From a virus (lineage: Duplodnaviria; Caudoviricetes), in the IMG/VR virus record IMGVR_UViG_3300028602_000002, positions 51,423 through 115,422 of that record: a DNA stretch of 64,000 nucleotides; one strand, given 5' to 3'. The notes under the pieces were generated by a model. The model did no database searches. It saw only the letters and a list, made by a program, of their open reading frames with translations, and was not told the origin of the DNA. Made by a program: the position numbers and the translations under genes. Positions 38,545 to 49,258 of the stretch are shown in pieces (the first letter of the stretch is position 1; every line of letters begins with the position of its first letter).

Positions 38545-39024
38545 TCACTCCTTATATTTACTAATTTGATATTTAGCTAATTCATCAACTTTATCATTCA
38601 ACTCATTCCCAGAATGTCCTTTAACTTTTATAACTTCTAATTTAATTAATGGATTATCGACAAATAAAAGAATTTCTTCCCATAAGTCTTGATTTTTAAC
38701 GGGTTCTTTTTTAGCATTTTTCCATCCATTGTATCGCCATTTCTTATACCACTCATCCTTAATACAGTTACTTAAATAAGCACTGTCTGTATATAATTTT
38801 ATTTTAATAGATTCATTTTCCAAGTGTTGGAACACAGCTTCTTGTAACCCTTCTATAGCGGCTTTTAATTCCATTCTTTGATTTGTTGTATTTTTTTCTC
38901 CTCCGCTTTGTGATATGCCAGTTTTACTAACACCCATTTCTTCTACATAAAAAATATATGCCCAACCTCCAGGCCCAGGGTTCCCGCTACATGCTCCATC
39001 TGTATATAAAATTATTGTTTTCAT
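38545..39024 (-). CDS. rnhA: Ribonuclease HI
   Basis: YTDGACSGNPGPGGW, TTNQRMEL, TDSAY, VKNQDLW, VKGHSG..N...D.LA. Confidence 0.96.
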   Translation of the reverse strand: MKTIILYTDGACSGNPGPGGWAYIFYVEEMGVSKTGISQSGGEKNTTNQRMELKAAIEGLQEAVFQHLENESIKIKLYTDSAYLSNCIKDEWYKKWRYNGWKNAKKEPVKNQDLWEEILLFVDNPLIKLEVIKVKGHSGNELNDKVDELAKYQISKYKE

Positions 39025-39033
39025 TATTGCCTC

Positions 39034-40764
39034 CTAAAATCCAAAGCTAGACTTTTCTTCTTTAATATTATAATCACTTACGATTAGCTGATAAGTAACT
39101 CTATCTCGCCAGATATTAATATCACATCTACCTATAACATCAATAGATAAAGGAGACTGATATTGTTTTATTCTATTGCTATCAGCATTAAATATAACAT
39201 AATCAATTCCATTACTACTAAACTTAACATGAGTTTTATTCTGACCCATAAACTTAATATCTTCAGGAAAAACTTTTATATCCTTTACAACAATAAATGG
39301 TTCATCAAATCCTTTACCCCATAAAGGTCTAAGATTTGATATTTGTTTTATAATATCTGGAGTTATTTCAGATGATTTAAATTCAAAATCTACTCTATAT
39401 AAATCTATAAAATCAGTTTCTTCAAAATTCTTATTGCAGTAATCTAAGAATTTATCTATATTATCTTCTTTAATCTTAGCTCCAAAAGCTGATTGATGTC
39501 CTTCAGCAAATTCAAAAAGCTCCGTACTATTTAATAAATCTTTTAAGTTTTCTATTTCACTTAAATTATAATTTCTACCACTACCAGTATAGCTCTCCTC
39601 TTCATCTGAAACCAAGATTAAAACTGGTTTCTTGTATTTATGAGCTAGTTGATTAGCAGCTAATCCAACTATATTTCTATTAGAAACTTCTGTTAAGGTA
39701 ATTAACATAATAGGTTTAGATGATAAATTTTCTTCTACAATAATCTCCTCTATCTCCTGCTGTAAAATATCAACAACTCTTTTTTGTCTAGATTTGGCAT
39801 TAGAACAAACTCTAGCTGCCTGTTCAGCTATTGTCTCTGTTTCATTACTAGCACCCTTTTTAGTAGAACTAACTTTTTCATCACCATTAATAAATGCCTT
39901 AAACATTAATTCTTTTTCTTCCATTGTTCCAACTCTTGTTAATGAATTAATTAGTGGTGCTATATAGAACATAATTGCAACAGTATTTATCCCAGATGAT
40001 CCTATGGAATAACTTTGCTTACTAATTAGTGCCTTTAAAAAGGGATTATTAATGTTTTTTAACCCGTTGTGTATAATATACCGATTTTCTAACTCTCTTA
40101 CATCCATTGTATCAGCTATTATACCTACAGCGGCCAAATCTAAATATTTATCAGCGATTGTAGAGCCAATATTAGCGGTTAAAGCACAACAAAACTTATA
40201 AGCCATTCCAGCTCCTGATAATTGTTTATTAGGATAATTTTTAGACAATTGATTGTTAATAACAACTGCATGCTCAGAATATTCTTTCGCTTCATGGTGA
40301 TCAATAATTAAAATATCAATACCTTTTTCCGCCAAAATCTTATGCTCTTTATATTGATTACTACCCGCATCAATGACAACTAATAATTCTGTATCATTTG
40401 GTATTCTATCTAAAATAATACCATGCTGTTTCCCTTCATGCACCATCCATTTTATATTAACTTGTGGTGACTTCTCTTTAATAAAGTTATAGAAGATTGC
40501 TGATGACGTATATCCATCAACATCACTGTCTACAATTAGAAAAATATTACTGTTTCTATTAATATGTTCAGTAAGTAATAAAACACCTTCCTCTATATTA
40601 TCTAATAGCCCCCAATGATTTAGATTATCTTCAGTTGGGGCTAAGAAATTTCTTGTCAACTTTGTATTTCTATTCTTAAATATTAAATCCCTAAAAAATG
40701 TAGGATTAAATGGGTTGTAAGTATATTCTGAAATTAATTCATATTTCACATTCTCTACCTCCAC
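39034..40764 (-). CDS. recJ: RecJ-like ssDNA exonuclease (DHH family)
   Basis: DSDVDG, IIDHH, SGAG, GIIAD, GSGR, GHQSAFG. Confidence 0.92.
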   Translation of the reverse strand: MEVENVKYELISEYTYNPFNPTFFRDLIFKNRNTKLTRNFLAPTEDNLNHWGLLDNIEEGVLLLTEHINRNSNIFLIVDSDVDGYTSSAIFYNFIKEKSPQVNIKWMVHEGKQHGIILDRIPNDTELLVVIDAGSNQYKEHKILAEKGIDILIIDHHEAKEYSEHAVVINNQLSKNYPNKQLSGAGMAYKFCCALTANIGSTIADKYLDLAAVGIIADTMDVRELENRYIIHNGLKNINNPFLKALISKQSYSIGSSGINTVAIMFYIAPLINSLTRVGTMEEKELMFKAFINGDEKVSSTKKGASNETETIAEQAARVCSNAKSRQKRVVDILQQEIEEIIVEENLSSKPIMLITLTEVSNRNIVGLAANQLAHKYKKPVLILVSDEEESYTGSGRNYNLSEIENLKDLLNSTELFEFAEGHQSAFGAKIKEDNIDKFLDYCNKNFEETDFIDLYRVDFEFKSSEITPDIIKQISNLRPLWGKGFDEPFIVVKDIKVFPEDIKFMGQNKTHVKFSSNGIDYVIFNADSNRIKQYQSPLSIDVIGRCDINIWRDRVTYQLIVSDYNIKEEKSSFGF

Positions 40765-40985
40765 TCTCTACCGTGAAAAATTTTATTTTGTAGATATCCT
40801 CTAAGAGTATCTCCTAATAAACACTTTTCCTCTATTAATGGGTAAAACATTTCTGTTAAAATCATTACTTCTACTGTTGATATCATATGAGAATTACAAA
40901 AATTTATAATTGGTAAGCAATCTGCAATATAATCATCTTGTTGAGTGCTTGGTAAGTTTTTAAATTCTTCTAATGAAATCTTCAA
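40755..40985 (-). CDS. Hypothetical protein
   Basis: 76 aa; SD ggagg. Confidence 0.55.
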   Translation of the reverse strand: MKISLEEFKNLPSTQQDDYIADCLPIINFCNSHMISTVEVMILTEMFYPLIEEKCLLGDTLRGYLQNKIFHGREWR

Positions 40986-41001
40986 TAATATTCCTCCTTT
41001 A

Positions 41002-42078
41002 CTAAAATGTGTTAAGAAAAGTTCTAACTTCTACTTTTGATTTAATTAATTGATCAAAGATATCCTTACCCTGATCAACAGGAGCATCTTTAATGGGTAG
41101 TAAATTGTTTTTATCAACTATAATAAAAGTCTTAACATAAGAACAAAATCTTTTAGCTATATCTCTGATTCTTATAATACTTTCATTCTTCCCTCCATGT
41201 TTATATGGTTCACTTTTATCAAAAGCTATAATCACTTCATCAACATACTTTGTAATTAACTTTCTTTGATACTCTGAAACTTTATCGCCACAGACTGCGA
41301 CACTAAAATTATGTCCAGGATAGAATGTTTCCATTTTCAAAACACTTTTCTCACCTTCAAAAATTATAGCTCTTCTAAGATTCTTAATAGTATTTAAATT
41401 TTCTTTTATACCATATAAGTTATAACTTAAAGGATGTGAATATACTGTTCCCTCTATCTTAACTGGCACATATTTCATACCTTTATCAATTACTTCTTGA
41501 TTTAAGTTTCGACAGCGAATTCCAACTAAAGTATTATTTATATCATAGTGTGGAATGATAATTCTATTATTGAATGAATCAAAAAGTATGCCAAATCTTT
41601 CCATAGCTTTCTTAGAAATTCCTTCTTCAATCCAAGAGACATGGTATTTCTTCTGATAAATATTAAGAACTACAGGATCAAAAGTATTTAATTCAATATT
41701 GGAAGAAGGTGGTTTTCTGTATCGGTTGATAAACTCCCAATCTGAAATTCTTTCATCACTTTGAATCTTACTTTCAAAAGGAGCAAATCCAGTAAATTGT
41801 TGTATAAAGAAAACAGCCTCTGTAAAACTTACCTTTTTGACTTTCTCTACTAATTCATAAATATCAAATGTTTTCTGACATTCTGTATAACAAGAGAATA
41901 ATTTAGAATTATCATAATAATATAATTTATAACTACCGCCGACAAAGTTATGGCAAATAGTTTGAAAAACTAAATTCCCTTTATTGTCTATCCTTGGTGC
42001 ATCACTACCCAAGTGACAGACAATTTTAGTTACATCATCAACGGTTAATGCCTGTTTTAATTGGTCTTTATTTATCAC
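41002..42078 (-). CDS. dnaG: DNA primase (DnaG-like)
   Basis: N-terminal Zn-binding CH..C...C, RIIIP...G...R, TOPRIM FEGEKS and AFD. Confidence 0.85.
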   Translation of the reverse strand: MINKDQLKQALTVDDVTKIVCHLGSDAPRIDNKGNLVFQTICHNFVGGSYKLYYYDNSKLFSCYTECQKTFDIYELVEKVKKVSFTEAVFFIQQFTGFAPFESKIQSDERISDWEFINRYRKPPSSNIELNTFDPVVLNIYQKKYHVSWIEEGISKKAMERFGILFDSFNNRIIIPHYDINNTLVGIRCRNLNQEVIDKGMKYVPVKIEGTVYSHPLSYNLYGIKENLNTIKNLRRAIIFEGEKSVLKMETFYPGHNFSVAVCGDKVSEYQRKLITKYVDEVIIAFDKSEPYKHGGKNESIIRIRDIAKRFCSYVKTFIIVDKNNLLPIKDAPVDQGKDIFDQLIKSKVEVRTFLNTF

Positions 42079-42105
42079 AACAGGGAAGTGATACCTCCCT
42101 TCCTA

Positions 42106-43641
42106 TTACTCAGTAACTTCAATATTTAATGATTGTACAGGTATTAATGTATAGTCGTTCTTAGTAACAAATAAGTTTTTTAGACGACAAGTGCCTAAAT
42201 CAACATAGCTCCAAACTTTAACACCTTGGTAAGGACTTCTTCTCAGTTTATAAATATGAAACACAAGATTTGGTTGCTCAACTAATTCAAATCCTTTTTC
42301 TAATATTGGTTTTAAAGCATCTAAGTCTTCTTTGGTTGGCTTTAAAGCTATCATTCCCACGTCTAATTTATCAGCTATTGCTTTTGCCCCCCTTAATATG
42401 TTCTGATTAGCTGTCTTCCTACTCTCCCAATCACCAGATACCTGAGTAGATGTGTACATAAAAATACCAAGCTCATTACATAACTCTTTTAAGTTGGTAG
42501 AAAACATATGAAGAATATTATCCTCTCTTAACCTAATTCCACCTGCTTCTTTACCAACTTCAGCCAACATTTTCATAGTTGTATGCAAATAGTCAAAGAA
42601 GAAGTAACGAATCTTATTATTTAAGAAATACCTTTTAACAGTATTTTCTATATCTTGGTATGAAAAATTAGGTAGATATTCAATCCACAACTGACCTTTC
42701 TGTAATACTTTTATTGCATAGTCTACTCTTGCTTCTTCGTCACCGCTATATTCTCCATCTAAAATTTTTGTTTCATTAACCCCTGAAAGAAAAGCTAGTA
42801 AAGGAGTTTGAACTTCATCCATTTCAAGTTCTGTAGTAATAAAAAGAGTGGGACTAGCAATACCATTCTTTACCCATCTATTTAACTCAGTACTATAGAT
42901 CTCATTAGTGCCTAAATTACAAGCATCTCCAAGAGCAAGTCTAGTTTTACCTACAGAAGTTGGTGCACTTCTCATATACAACTTCTTAAGGCGGGCACCT
43001 CTTGTGATCATATTCATAATCCCACCACGAAGTGGAAGACCTATCTCTGGGTTTTCTTTTAACTCTTCTTTTAATTCAACAATTCCCTCAGCAGCATGTT
43101 GACCAGCTGTTCCATGATGTAGTAAGAATTTTCCTTTTATGTCTACTATTTTTTTATCAATCTCTTCTGTAATTTGTGTCAGACTTAAGGAATCAAACCT
43201 TTCCTGCATTAGTTCTTGTCTTCTTAAATCTACTTCTTTTTCACTATAAATATGATCAATATTTATTCCACTTTCTTGATAACTTCTTAACAATGAAAAT
43301 TTCTTTACTCTGTCATAAACATAATTAAAATTTGTTATATCAGCTGAGTCTTTAGCTGCCTGCAAGTATTCAATCCCGTTATTTTCTACAAAAACCTGAT
43401 ACTGTAAATTATATTTTGATAAGTAATTATCAATCATTACATAATCTATACTTGTAATTCCTTCATTCCATAAGTTATAAATAGAGGCAAATATAATTTT
43501 ATGAAACTTTTCAGGAAAATCTTCCTTAGTTAAATTATACTTTGTAGTATTATTTAGTAGATTTGGTTTTTGTAATAGACACCCAATTACAAGGAAGATA
43601 GAGCGTTTATCTACTAAACTCAAATTATTCACTCCATTCAA
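42106..43641 (-). CDS. dnaB: Replicative helicase (DnaB-like, SF4)
   Basis: APTSVGKT Walker A, FITTEL, FFDYL, STQ, KLRR; adjacent to primase. Confidence 0.88.
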   Translation of the reverse strand: MNGVNNLSLVDKRSIFLVIGCLLQKPNLLNNTTKYNLTKEDFPEKFHKIIFASIYNLWNEGITSIDYVMIDNYLSKYNLQYQVFVENNGIEYLQAAKDSADITNFNYVYDRVKKFSLLRSYQESGINIDHIYSEKEVDLRRQELMQERFDSLSLTQITEEIDKKIVDIKGKFLLHHGTAGQHAAEGIVELKEELKENPEIGLPLRGGIMNMITRGARLKKLYMRSAPTSVGKTRLALGDACNLGTNEIYSTELNRWVKNGIASPTLFITTELEMDEVQTPLLAFLSGVNETKILDGEYSGDEEARVDYAIKVLQKGQLWIEYLPNFSYQDIENTVKRYFLNNKIRYFFFDYLHTTMKMLAEVGKEAGGIRLREDNILHMFSTNLKELCNELGIFMYTSTQVSGDWESRKTANQNILRGAKAIADKLDVGMIALKPTKEDLDALKPILEKGFELVEQPNLVFHIYKLRRSPYQGVKVWSYVDLGTCRLKNLFVTKNDYTLIPVQSLNIEVTE

Positions 43642-43660
43642 AAAAATTCTCCTTCAAATC

Positions 43661-44167
43661 TTAAAGACCAGTTATGTCTATGGTTTTATTTATTCTATAT
43701 TTTTTCTGTTTAGTAGGATCTTTAATAGTAACAGTTTTTTCTACAACTGGAGTTTCTTTTAAAGCGTCTAAACTTTCAGATACTTGATTTTTCATCATAT
43801 AGTATTTTTTCGCTTCTTCATATACATAAGGAACAATTCCAATTCCACCTTGAGCTTTTGAAATAAGATTACCTTTTAACTCAAAGAAGTATTCTAATGT
43901 TAATTGAATACCCTTATACTTATACCCATAATCTTCTGTATAAGTTTTTATTTGTTTTAATATTCTAGCATCTATTTTCTTATTTAGTAATTTTTCTATA
44001 TAAGCTAATAATTCTCTTCTATCTGAATCTGTTTTACTTTTTTCTCCTAAATTAAGTTTATGACATTCCTCATGCCAGTATCTCCCTTTATCATAGATAA
44101 ATTGTTCACTACTTCTTCTGAAGTATTGATTACAATAAGGGCATTTAACAGGACGGTCAGAGCTCAT
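43661..44167 (-). CDS. Zn-finger replication protein (possible helicase loader)
   Basis: CPYC...H..C, GIGIVPYVY; directly upstream of the helicase. Confidence 0.5.
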   Translation of the reverse strand: MSSDRPVKCPYCNQYFRRSSEQFIYDKGRYWHEECHKLNLGEKSKTDSDRRELLAYIEKLLNKKIDARILKQIKTYTEDYGYKYKGIQLTLEYFFELKGNLISKAQGGIGIVPYVYEEAKKYYMMKNQVSESLDALKETPVVEKTVTIKDPTKQKKYRINKTIDITGL

Positions 44168-44253
44168 TTCAATCCCTCCTAAGAGAGAATTAAGTAAAAA
44201 AAAAGGGACTTTACTTTTAATAAAGCCCCTCTTCTCTCTAATTAAATTTATAG

Positions 44254-45243
44254 CTATTGAGATAGAAGGTTATTCAGCTCTTCGTTGATTACATCAATAA
44301 TGTCTGTGTTCTTATCATCAAGCTCACCAACTCTTTTGCCTTTTCCTATGTATTTCTCAATAACTTTTTCAATTTCTTTTTGATTCTTTGGATCTTTTTC
44401 CATTAATACACTGGTAATTTCAACGAATCGATCCATAACTTCTTCATAATTTTTTAATTCATCTGAATATACTGAACTTTTTTCATCAGTAACACTATCA
44501 TGATTTTGTTGTGCTTGCTTATCAACAGCATCAGCAATAGCATTAACTAAATTATCATAGGTAAATTCAATATAATTAGGGGTATATTTAAAGCGAGAAC
44601 CCGCTTCAAACCTTACTGTAGCTCGCATATACAAATATGTTTTTTCCACTTCTCTATTGTCTTCTGTGAGTGTTTTAACAATTCTAGAATACCCAATAAT
44701 ATCACAGAATCTATTCACAACTTTTCTAGCAGTTCTTGGTAATGTGGGTTGAATTCTTTGATATTCTTCACCTGATTCATCTTTTATAGTTTTGTCGTCA
44801 GCGTGACTAATTATTACAACACCGTATCCTAATTTAGCTAAGTCCTGTAAAACAGAATCAAAGAGTCTTCCAGCTTCTGCATAGCCTGCTCCATAAGGAA
44901 TATCACCAATTTTTTCTACTCCATTAATACTACAAACGTGTCTTTCACAAGCTTCATAAGCTAAGTCTCCTGTATCAATTACAATAGTTTCAAACAGGTT
45001 TTTAGCTTCTTCTGTTTTAAGCTGTTTCATTACTCGCAATATATCAGCCCATGTATTCATTGGCTGTGCTTTAACTCCTGGAAGAGCAGAATAACCCTTT
45101 TCATAAGCCAGCAATAAACTATTTGGAAACCTAGAAGCAGTGGTAGTTTTTCCGCTTTTTGGGTCTCCATATAATAGGATTGTATAACCCTTTAAATCTC
45201 TTGAGACTTGATGTGGTTTTATAGTAAAAATATCTATACTCAA
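44254..45243 (-). CDS. AAA_24/Sak4-like ATPase (recombination)
   Basis: YGDPKSGKTT, IVIDT, IISH, DIIGY. Confidence 0.85.
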   Translation of the reverse strand: MSIDIFTIKPHQVSRDLKGYTILLYGDPKSGKTTTASRFPNSLLLAYEKGYSALPGVKAQPMNTWADILRVMKQLKTEEAKNLFETIVIDTGDLAYEACERHVCSINGVEKIGDIPYGAGYAEAGRLFDSVLQDLAKLGYGVVIISHADDKTIKDESGEEYQRIQPTLPRTARKVVNRFCDIIGYSRIVKTLTEDNREVEKTYLYMRATVRFEAGSRFKYTPNYIEFTYDNLVNAIADAVDKQAQQNHDSVTDEKSSVYSDELKNYEEVMDRFVEITSVLMEKDPKNQKEIEKVIEKYIGKGKRVGELDDKNTDIIDVINEELNNLLSQ

Positions 45244-45283
45244 ATTATCACCTCTCTGTTATTAGTGAAAAGGAGAGACGCCC

Positions 45284-46153
45284 TTAAAAAGGAAAGTCTT
45301 TCCTTCCACCAAACCCTCCGCCTTGTGCTCCAGTAGTGCTAGTTTGCATAGCTTTTTCTTTAAGATTCTTTAACTCCGCTTCTCTGTCAGCCAGAGCTTG
45401 CTTAATTAAGTCAGAATCAAATCCATTTTCTTCATAAGGTTTACTTCCACGAGTTACAATTAACTCTCTTTTAACTTTCTGGTAGGTGTTGACTAAGTCT
45501 CCACCAAATTCCATTTCCTCTGTTTTCTCAACTTTCTGTACATCGTTATTGATGAAACCAGCTAATTTAACAGTATCTCCAACACTATAGTTATCTTGGA
45601 TATACTTAATACCATTCTCATCTTCAACAAAGAAAGTTAATAAACTAATTCTACCACCATACATTGGAACAATACCTTTAACAACTAATCTTCCAGTAAC
45701 TTCATTCTCTACAAGTTCTTCTGTAATACCTTGTAGATATGTTTCTACTTGAAAGCTAACGCCAGGTATAAAATCACCAGTTACTCTGTTAATGAAATTA
45801 GATCTAACTCTGAATGTAGAGATTAAGTTACCCGATGCAGCATAGAATTCATTAGCTTCTAATCTACCTGAATTAATCCTAACTCTATCTGCATCTTCAA
45901 CCCCGTGCTTGGCAACTGATTTAAAATCATCCTTAACAGTTAATAATGATTCATAAATCTTATTTTTACCACCATCTCTTTTCTTTTCAGAGGCAAAAAA
46001 GTTTACGGCTACAATGTTAGATTCATCAACTTGAACTAATAAATCTCCACCGATAGCTTTACCACTCGAAATGTTTCTAAAATCAAGACGATTCTCATTC
46101 ACGATACCTTCCACCATCACAATATTTTGAGCTTCTCTTAATTGTTCAGTCAT
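45284..46153 (-). CDS. ssb: Single-stranded DNA-binding protein
   Basis: Tandem OB-like beta regions, G-rich tail ending DFPF; true start ATG 46153 because the track start lies inside the promoter. Confidence 0.75.
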   Translation of the reverse strand: MTEQLREAQNIVMVEGIVNENRLDFRNISSGKAIGGDLLVQVDESNIVAVNFFASEKKRDGGKNKIYESLLTVKDDFKSVAKHGVEDADRVRINSGRLEANEFYAASGNLISTFRVRSNFINRVTGDFIPGVSFQVETYLQGITEELVENEVTGRLVVKGIVPMYGGRISLLTFFVEDENGIKYIQDNYSVGDTVKLAGFINNDVQKVEKTEEMEFGGDLVNTYQKVKRELIVTRGSKPYEENGFDSDLIKQALADREAELKNLKEKAMQTSTTGAQGGGFGGRKDFPF

Positions 46154-46207
46154 TAATATAATACCTCCGTTTTTATTAAGTAATATTTTTATATTACCAT
46201 TAATAAT

Positions 46208-46236
46208 ATTATACCACAAATTTTGAGAATTGTCAA
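46208..46236 (-). promoter_or_regulatory. sigmaA-type promoter
   Basis: TTGACA-17-TATAAT with extended TG. Confidence 0.85.
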
Positions 46237-46263
46237 ATTTTCCCCTACAGTTACCATAAACAA

Positions 46264-46295
46264 AGAAAGATTGTAGTTTTACCTACAATCTTTCT
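46264..46295 (-). terminator. Hairpin/terminator
   Basis: agaaagattgtag/ctacaatctttct inverted repeat. Confidence 0.65.
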
Positions 46296-46342
46296 TATAT
46301 TCATGATTGATTAAATCTTGATACTTTCTTATTCTTCTTTAA

Positions 46343-46618
46343 CTACTCAGCACTTGGGGGCTGATAAGCCGCTGCGTCATGCTCCCAACCTAAGTCAGTC
46401 AAACTGATTCTTTTGCGTTTCTTGCCTTCAACTTCCACAGGATCACTAGCAACATAACCTTCTTTTACCAGTTTACCCATAGTTCCTCGAACCGAAGCGA
46501 CAGAAAGACCAGCTTCTTCAGCGATTTCTTCTACGCTAACTGTAGAGTTATCTCCACGTTCATCTAGCATTTGCTGAAGCACTCTAATTAGATTGTTTCC
46601 TTTTTCTGTAACAGCCAT
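46343..46618 (-). CDS. Winged-helix DNA-binding protein
   Basis: SVEEIAEEAGLSVASVRGTMGKLVKEGYV...ISLTDLG. Confidence 0.8.
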   Translation of the reverse strand: MAVTEKGNNLIRVLQQMLDERGDNSTVSVEEIAEEAGLSVASVRGTMGKLVKEGYVASDPVEVEGKKRKRISLTDLGWEHDAAAYQPPSAE

Positions 46619-46744
46619 GAAATAATTCCTCCTTGTTTTGTTTAATAATTTTTTATTGAGGGAGACTACCCTCTAAGAAATATAAATATTTCTCTACCCT
46701 CCTTTAATTCAGTAGTAAAGCATATTTTTATTTCCTGTAGTATA

Positions 46745-46773
46745 ATTATACCACATTTTTTGAACTTTGTCAA
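46745..46773 (-). promoter_or_regulatory. sigmaA-type promoter
   Basis: TTGACA-17-TATAAT with extended TG. Confidence 0.85.
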
Positions 46774-46817
46774 GAGAAACATTGATGCTCATCTGCTTTA
46801 AAGAAGCCTTTTATTGC

Positions 46818-47873
46818 CTATTTGAAGATTTTTTCCCACGTACAATCATGCGGATTAATGTCATCACGAAATCTAATAAACCTTTTTTCCCGCAGATTAC
46901 CTTCAGTTGGTTCCATAGCTTTGACAAGTAATGGTTCACCTATAAAGTTATCAGGATTACGTTTTATTTCTTCTAAAACAGAATCTGTTAACCCTGAAGC
47001 TACAGTTCCTAAATCTACTAACTCATTTTGCTTATAAACTCCAATTTTTAATGCACCAACCCAACCTTTTGCATAAGGTTTTGTGACGGGTTCATCACCA
47101 TCCCAATACGGCCATATATCTAAAGAAGTTTTACCTTTATATTCTTTTGTTGGAGGTTCAAAACCTGTGCAAATTACATCATATTCTGACTCTATTTTAA
47201 ACTTAACAAAATTCCAGGCAGGTTTTTTTGTAGGAACATATAATCCATTTATAGATTTTAAAACAGTTCCTTCATATCCAGCCGCTAAACATTCATCTAT
47301 ATAGTGATCTAAATTTTCAAAAACACCATCTGCAAAATGAATGTATTCAGGATGAACATAACTATTAGAAACATTCCTATTAAGAGATTTTAATCTATCT
47401 AAATTAGATACTTTGAGATAGCTTCCACCATCATACATTAATATATCATGTATATATGCTTGAAGTAATTTATTTTTTTGTCTTTCTATTGCTTTAGGAG
47501 CATTACATCCCATAATAGAGGTTACATTTCTAGATTTCTCTCCTGGATAATGAACTTCCATTACTAATATAGTTTTATCAGGTACAATTAAATCTAAATG
47601 CTCCATTATGTGCGGAATTCTATCTCCTTTTTCCACTAATAATCCAGTTTTTGTTGATACCCTTCGACTGAAGAGATATGATTTCCCATATTTAGTTTTC
47701 TCATAAACATAACAGGACCCATCTAATTTAGGTTGTCCAAAATAATCTCCACTATCACAAATTTCTTTTCTTTTATTTAATTTGTTTTTAGGTAGTTTCC
47801 AGACATTCATTGGAGGTATCATTACAGCTCCTGGGTAGTACTCATCTATTTTTTCTCTATCAAAAAACTCCAA
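46818..47873 (-). CDS. ATP-dependent DNA ligase
   Basis: PKLDG adenylation motif, EGTVLK, VKFK, VASGL, F.RFRDD. Confidence 0.88.
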   Translation of the reverse strand: MEFFDREKIDEYYPGAVMIPPMNVWKLPKNKLNKRKEICDSGDYFGQPKLDGSCYVYEKTKYGKSYLFSRRVSTKTGLLVEKGDRIPHIMEHLDLIVPDKTILVMEVHYPGEKSRNVTSIMGCNAPKAIERQKNKLLQAYIHDILMYDGGSYLKVSNLDRLKSLNRNVSNSYVHPEYIHFADGVFENLDHYIDECLAAGYEGTVLKSINGLYVPTKKPAWNFVKFKIESEYDVICTGFEPPTKEYKGKTSLDIWPYWDGDEPVTKPYAKGWVGALKIGVYKQNELVDLGTVASGLTDSVLEEIKRNPDNFIGEPLLVKAMEPTEGNLREKRFIRFRDDINPHDCTWEKIFK

Positions 47874-47908
47874 CTCATCCCCCCCTCCTTTCTTATCTTT
47901 CTACTATA

Positions 47909-47937
47909 ATTATATCATAATTTCTTAGTTTTGTCAA
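47909..47937 (-). promoter_or_regulatory. sigmaA-type promoter
   Basis: TTGACA-17-TATAAT with extended TG. Confidence 0.85.
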
Positions 47938-47939
47938 CT

Positions 47940-49175
47940 TTAAATGGCTTGTTCACCAATTAATTCAGTCTCACAAGCATGTTTTATTGGAGTCCATCCT
48001 CTCTGAATAATTTCACCACAATGTTCACAGTGAGTAAATTCATTATCAAAACAAATTTCGCAATAAAACTCTCCATCTACATTTATTAACTCCTCACGAT
48101 GTGTTGCTTCTGCACACGTGCAACAATATTCTAAAGGATTACAAACATCACACTCTATTGAATTATGTGAAGTTATATAATGATTTCCACACGATGGACA
48201 GAATGGCAAATTTCCTATACTTGTTTTACACAGCTCACTTGAATTTCTTATATAGGTTGGAATCAATGTTCTAATAAATTTATTTTTATAAGCACCTGAA
48301 TTACCATCAATAGATAATAAGTCATTAAAACAAATTTCATCAATTTCTTCATTAGGTTCTTCAACTAAATCACCAATAGAAGAAGAAGTAAATTTTCTAA
48401 ACATAAAATTCATTTCAGGATAGGCTGTCTTGAGTAACTTTTGTAATTTTTGCACTAGTTGCATCATTATAAATTTATTCTCAAAAGGATACTCTAAACT
48501 AAAAATGATATAGGGAATATCTTTACAGAAATGTATTAGAACCCTCCACTTTTTATTAGGAATCTCAACTTGATTTAAGGTGAAATCTTTATCTCCTTTA
48601 ACATAGCAAACAATAGTGCTTTCATCTGTCATTAAACTTAAAGTGCCACCTTTGTATTCACCATCAAGAAAGGAGTGACAAGAGTTCCATACATATGAAT
48701 TATCACTCATAGAGATATAGTCTAATGGATTGATGCTAATACATAACTGCCCTTCTGTTTTAAAAATTTGTAGAAAATTAGAATATCCCAATTCTATTCT
48801 CCTATAATCTATTTGACTCTTAACTACTCTTTTTAAAATTTTAGAAACTTTAATTCCGGCGTTAAATTTTTCATTATTAATAACAGTATCTTTCTGCAAC
48901 CTATTAGTAACTAAACTATTACTGTCAATTTGATTTAAAACATCTTCATACTTTTGAAAGAAAAAAAGAAATTTCTTTTTTGCAAACTCTTTCTGTCTTT
49001 CAGAAACATCCACAGAAATAGGATATGAAATAGTTAGATTTTTATTTAATAGCTTTTCATATATAAATCTTTTATTTTTTTCCCACTGTGATAAAATTGG
49101 AATTGAATGAGGTTGTTTACATGTCTCTATAGACATGATTTGGTTGAAATCCTTAATCAGTGAAGGTGTAATCAA
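47940..49175 (-). CDS. Hypothetical phage protein with C-terminal Zn ribbons
   Basis: S.NP.DY..MS....W.SC core and several CxxC; TTG 49175 has SD ggagg (track start overlaps a hairpin). Confidence 0.6.
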   Translation of the reverse strand: MITPSLIKDFNQIMSIETCKQPHSIPILSQWEKNKRFIYEKLLNKNLTISYPISVDVSERQKEFAKKKFLFFFQKYEDVLNQIDSNSLVTNRLQKDTVINNEKFNAGIKVSKILKRVVKSQIDYRRIELGYSNFLQIFKTEGQLCISINPLDYISMSDNSYVWNSCHSFLDGEYKGGTLSLMTDESTIVCYVKGDKDFTLNQVEIPNKKWRVLIHFCKDIPYIIFSLEYPFENKFIMMQLVQKLQKLLKTAYPEMNFMFRKFTSSSIGDLVEEPNEEIDEICFNDLLSIDGNSGAYKNKFIRTLIPTYIRNSSELCKTSIGNLPFCPSCGNHYITSHNSIECDVCNPLEYCCTCAEATHREELINVDGEFYCEICFDNEFTHCEHCGEIIQRGWTPIKHACETELIGEQAI

Positions 49176-49213
49176 TGCTATGCCTCCCAAATTAATTACT
49201 TTATAAATTAATG

Positions 49214-49244
49214 AAAGAGCCTCCTTAAAACAAGGAAGCTCTTC
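49214..49244 (-). terminator. Hairpin (probable terminator) after rsr
   Basis: GAAGAGCUUCCUU/AAGGAGGCUCUUU stem just after the TROVE stop. Confidence 0.65.
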
Positions 49245-49258
49245 CATAACAATAAATA